Source: a virus
Direction: 5' to 3' (one strand)
Virus record (IMG/VR): IMGVR_UViG_3300044857_000313
Coordinates: 23,140 to 87,139 of that record
DNA: 64,000 nucleotides
The notes beneath the pieces were generated by a model. The model saw only the letters and a list, made by a program, of their open reading frames with translations, had not been told where the DNA came from and ran no database searches. The first letter of the stretch is position 1. Every line of letters starts with the position of its first letter. Positions 63,985-64,000 of this stretch are shown here, one piece after another. A program made the position numbers and the translations under genes.

Positions 63985-64000
63985 CTTTTCACTCCCTTTA

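Overview
The window holds no host-like genes, rRNA, tRNA or CRISPR. It is two head-to-tail, collinear, closely related copies of a T7-like temperate podophage with a single-subunit RNA polymerase. Almost everything is coded on the minus strand.

Copy A (1..~44710) looks complete. Read on the minus strand, from 43960 downwards, it follows the T7 gene order:
- two tandem sigma70-type early promoters
- small early genes separated by structured repeats
- RNAP, then an AT-rich origin-like region with tandem phage promoters
- dUTPase, gp2.5-like SSB, endonuclease I, a gp3.5-like protein, primase-helicase
- NrdG/NrdD, DNA polymerase, exonuclease
- portal, scaffold, capsid, tail tube A/B, internal virion proteins gp14/15/16-like, tail fibre
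- holin, GH25 endolysin, spanin-like genes, Dam methyltransferase, TerS-like, TerL
- xis on the minus strand and int on the plus strand.

Copy B (~44711..64000, cut by the window edge) repeats the int-to-tail-tube part with informative differences. int/xis are reduced to remnants. TerL is intronless, whereas copy A carries an 811-nt group I intron with a GIY-YIG homing endonuclease. The Dam gene is intact in B and frameshifted in an A10 tract in A. B also has extra small lysis-cassette ORFs, a much longer heptad-repeat block in the tail fibre, and a swapped fibre tip with an extra glycine-rich protein.

Signals beyond gene calls:
- a roughly 10-fold genome-wide excess of the motif WAGACAC, which is absent from the two putative insertions
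- a 23-bp phage-promoter family, including one copy in front of the RNAP gene
- a 0.9-kb non-coding control region between the copies, with palindromic operators, tandem repeats and a perfect consensus promoter inside a segment bounded by 20-bp inverted repeats
- an antirepressor island flanked by 37-bp direct repeats.

Anaerobic RNR, a cell-wall-binding-domain-less endolysin and a spanin-like gene suggest an anaerobic diderm host, possibly a diderm Firmicute; this is inference only.
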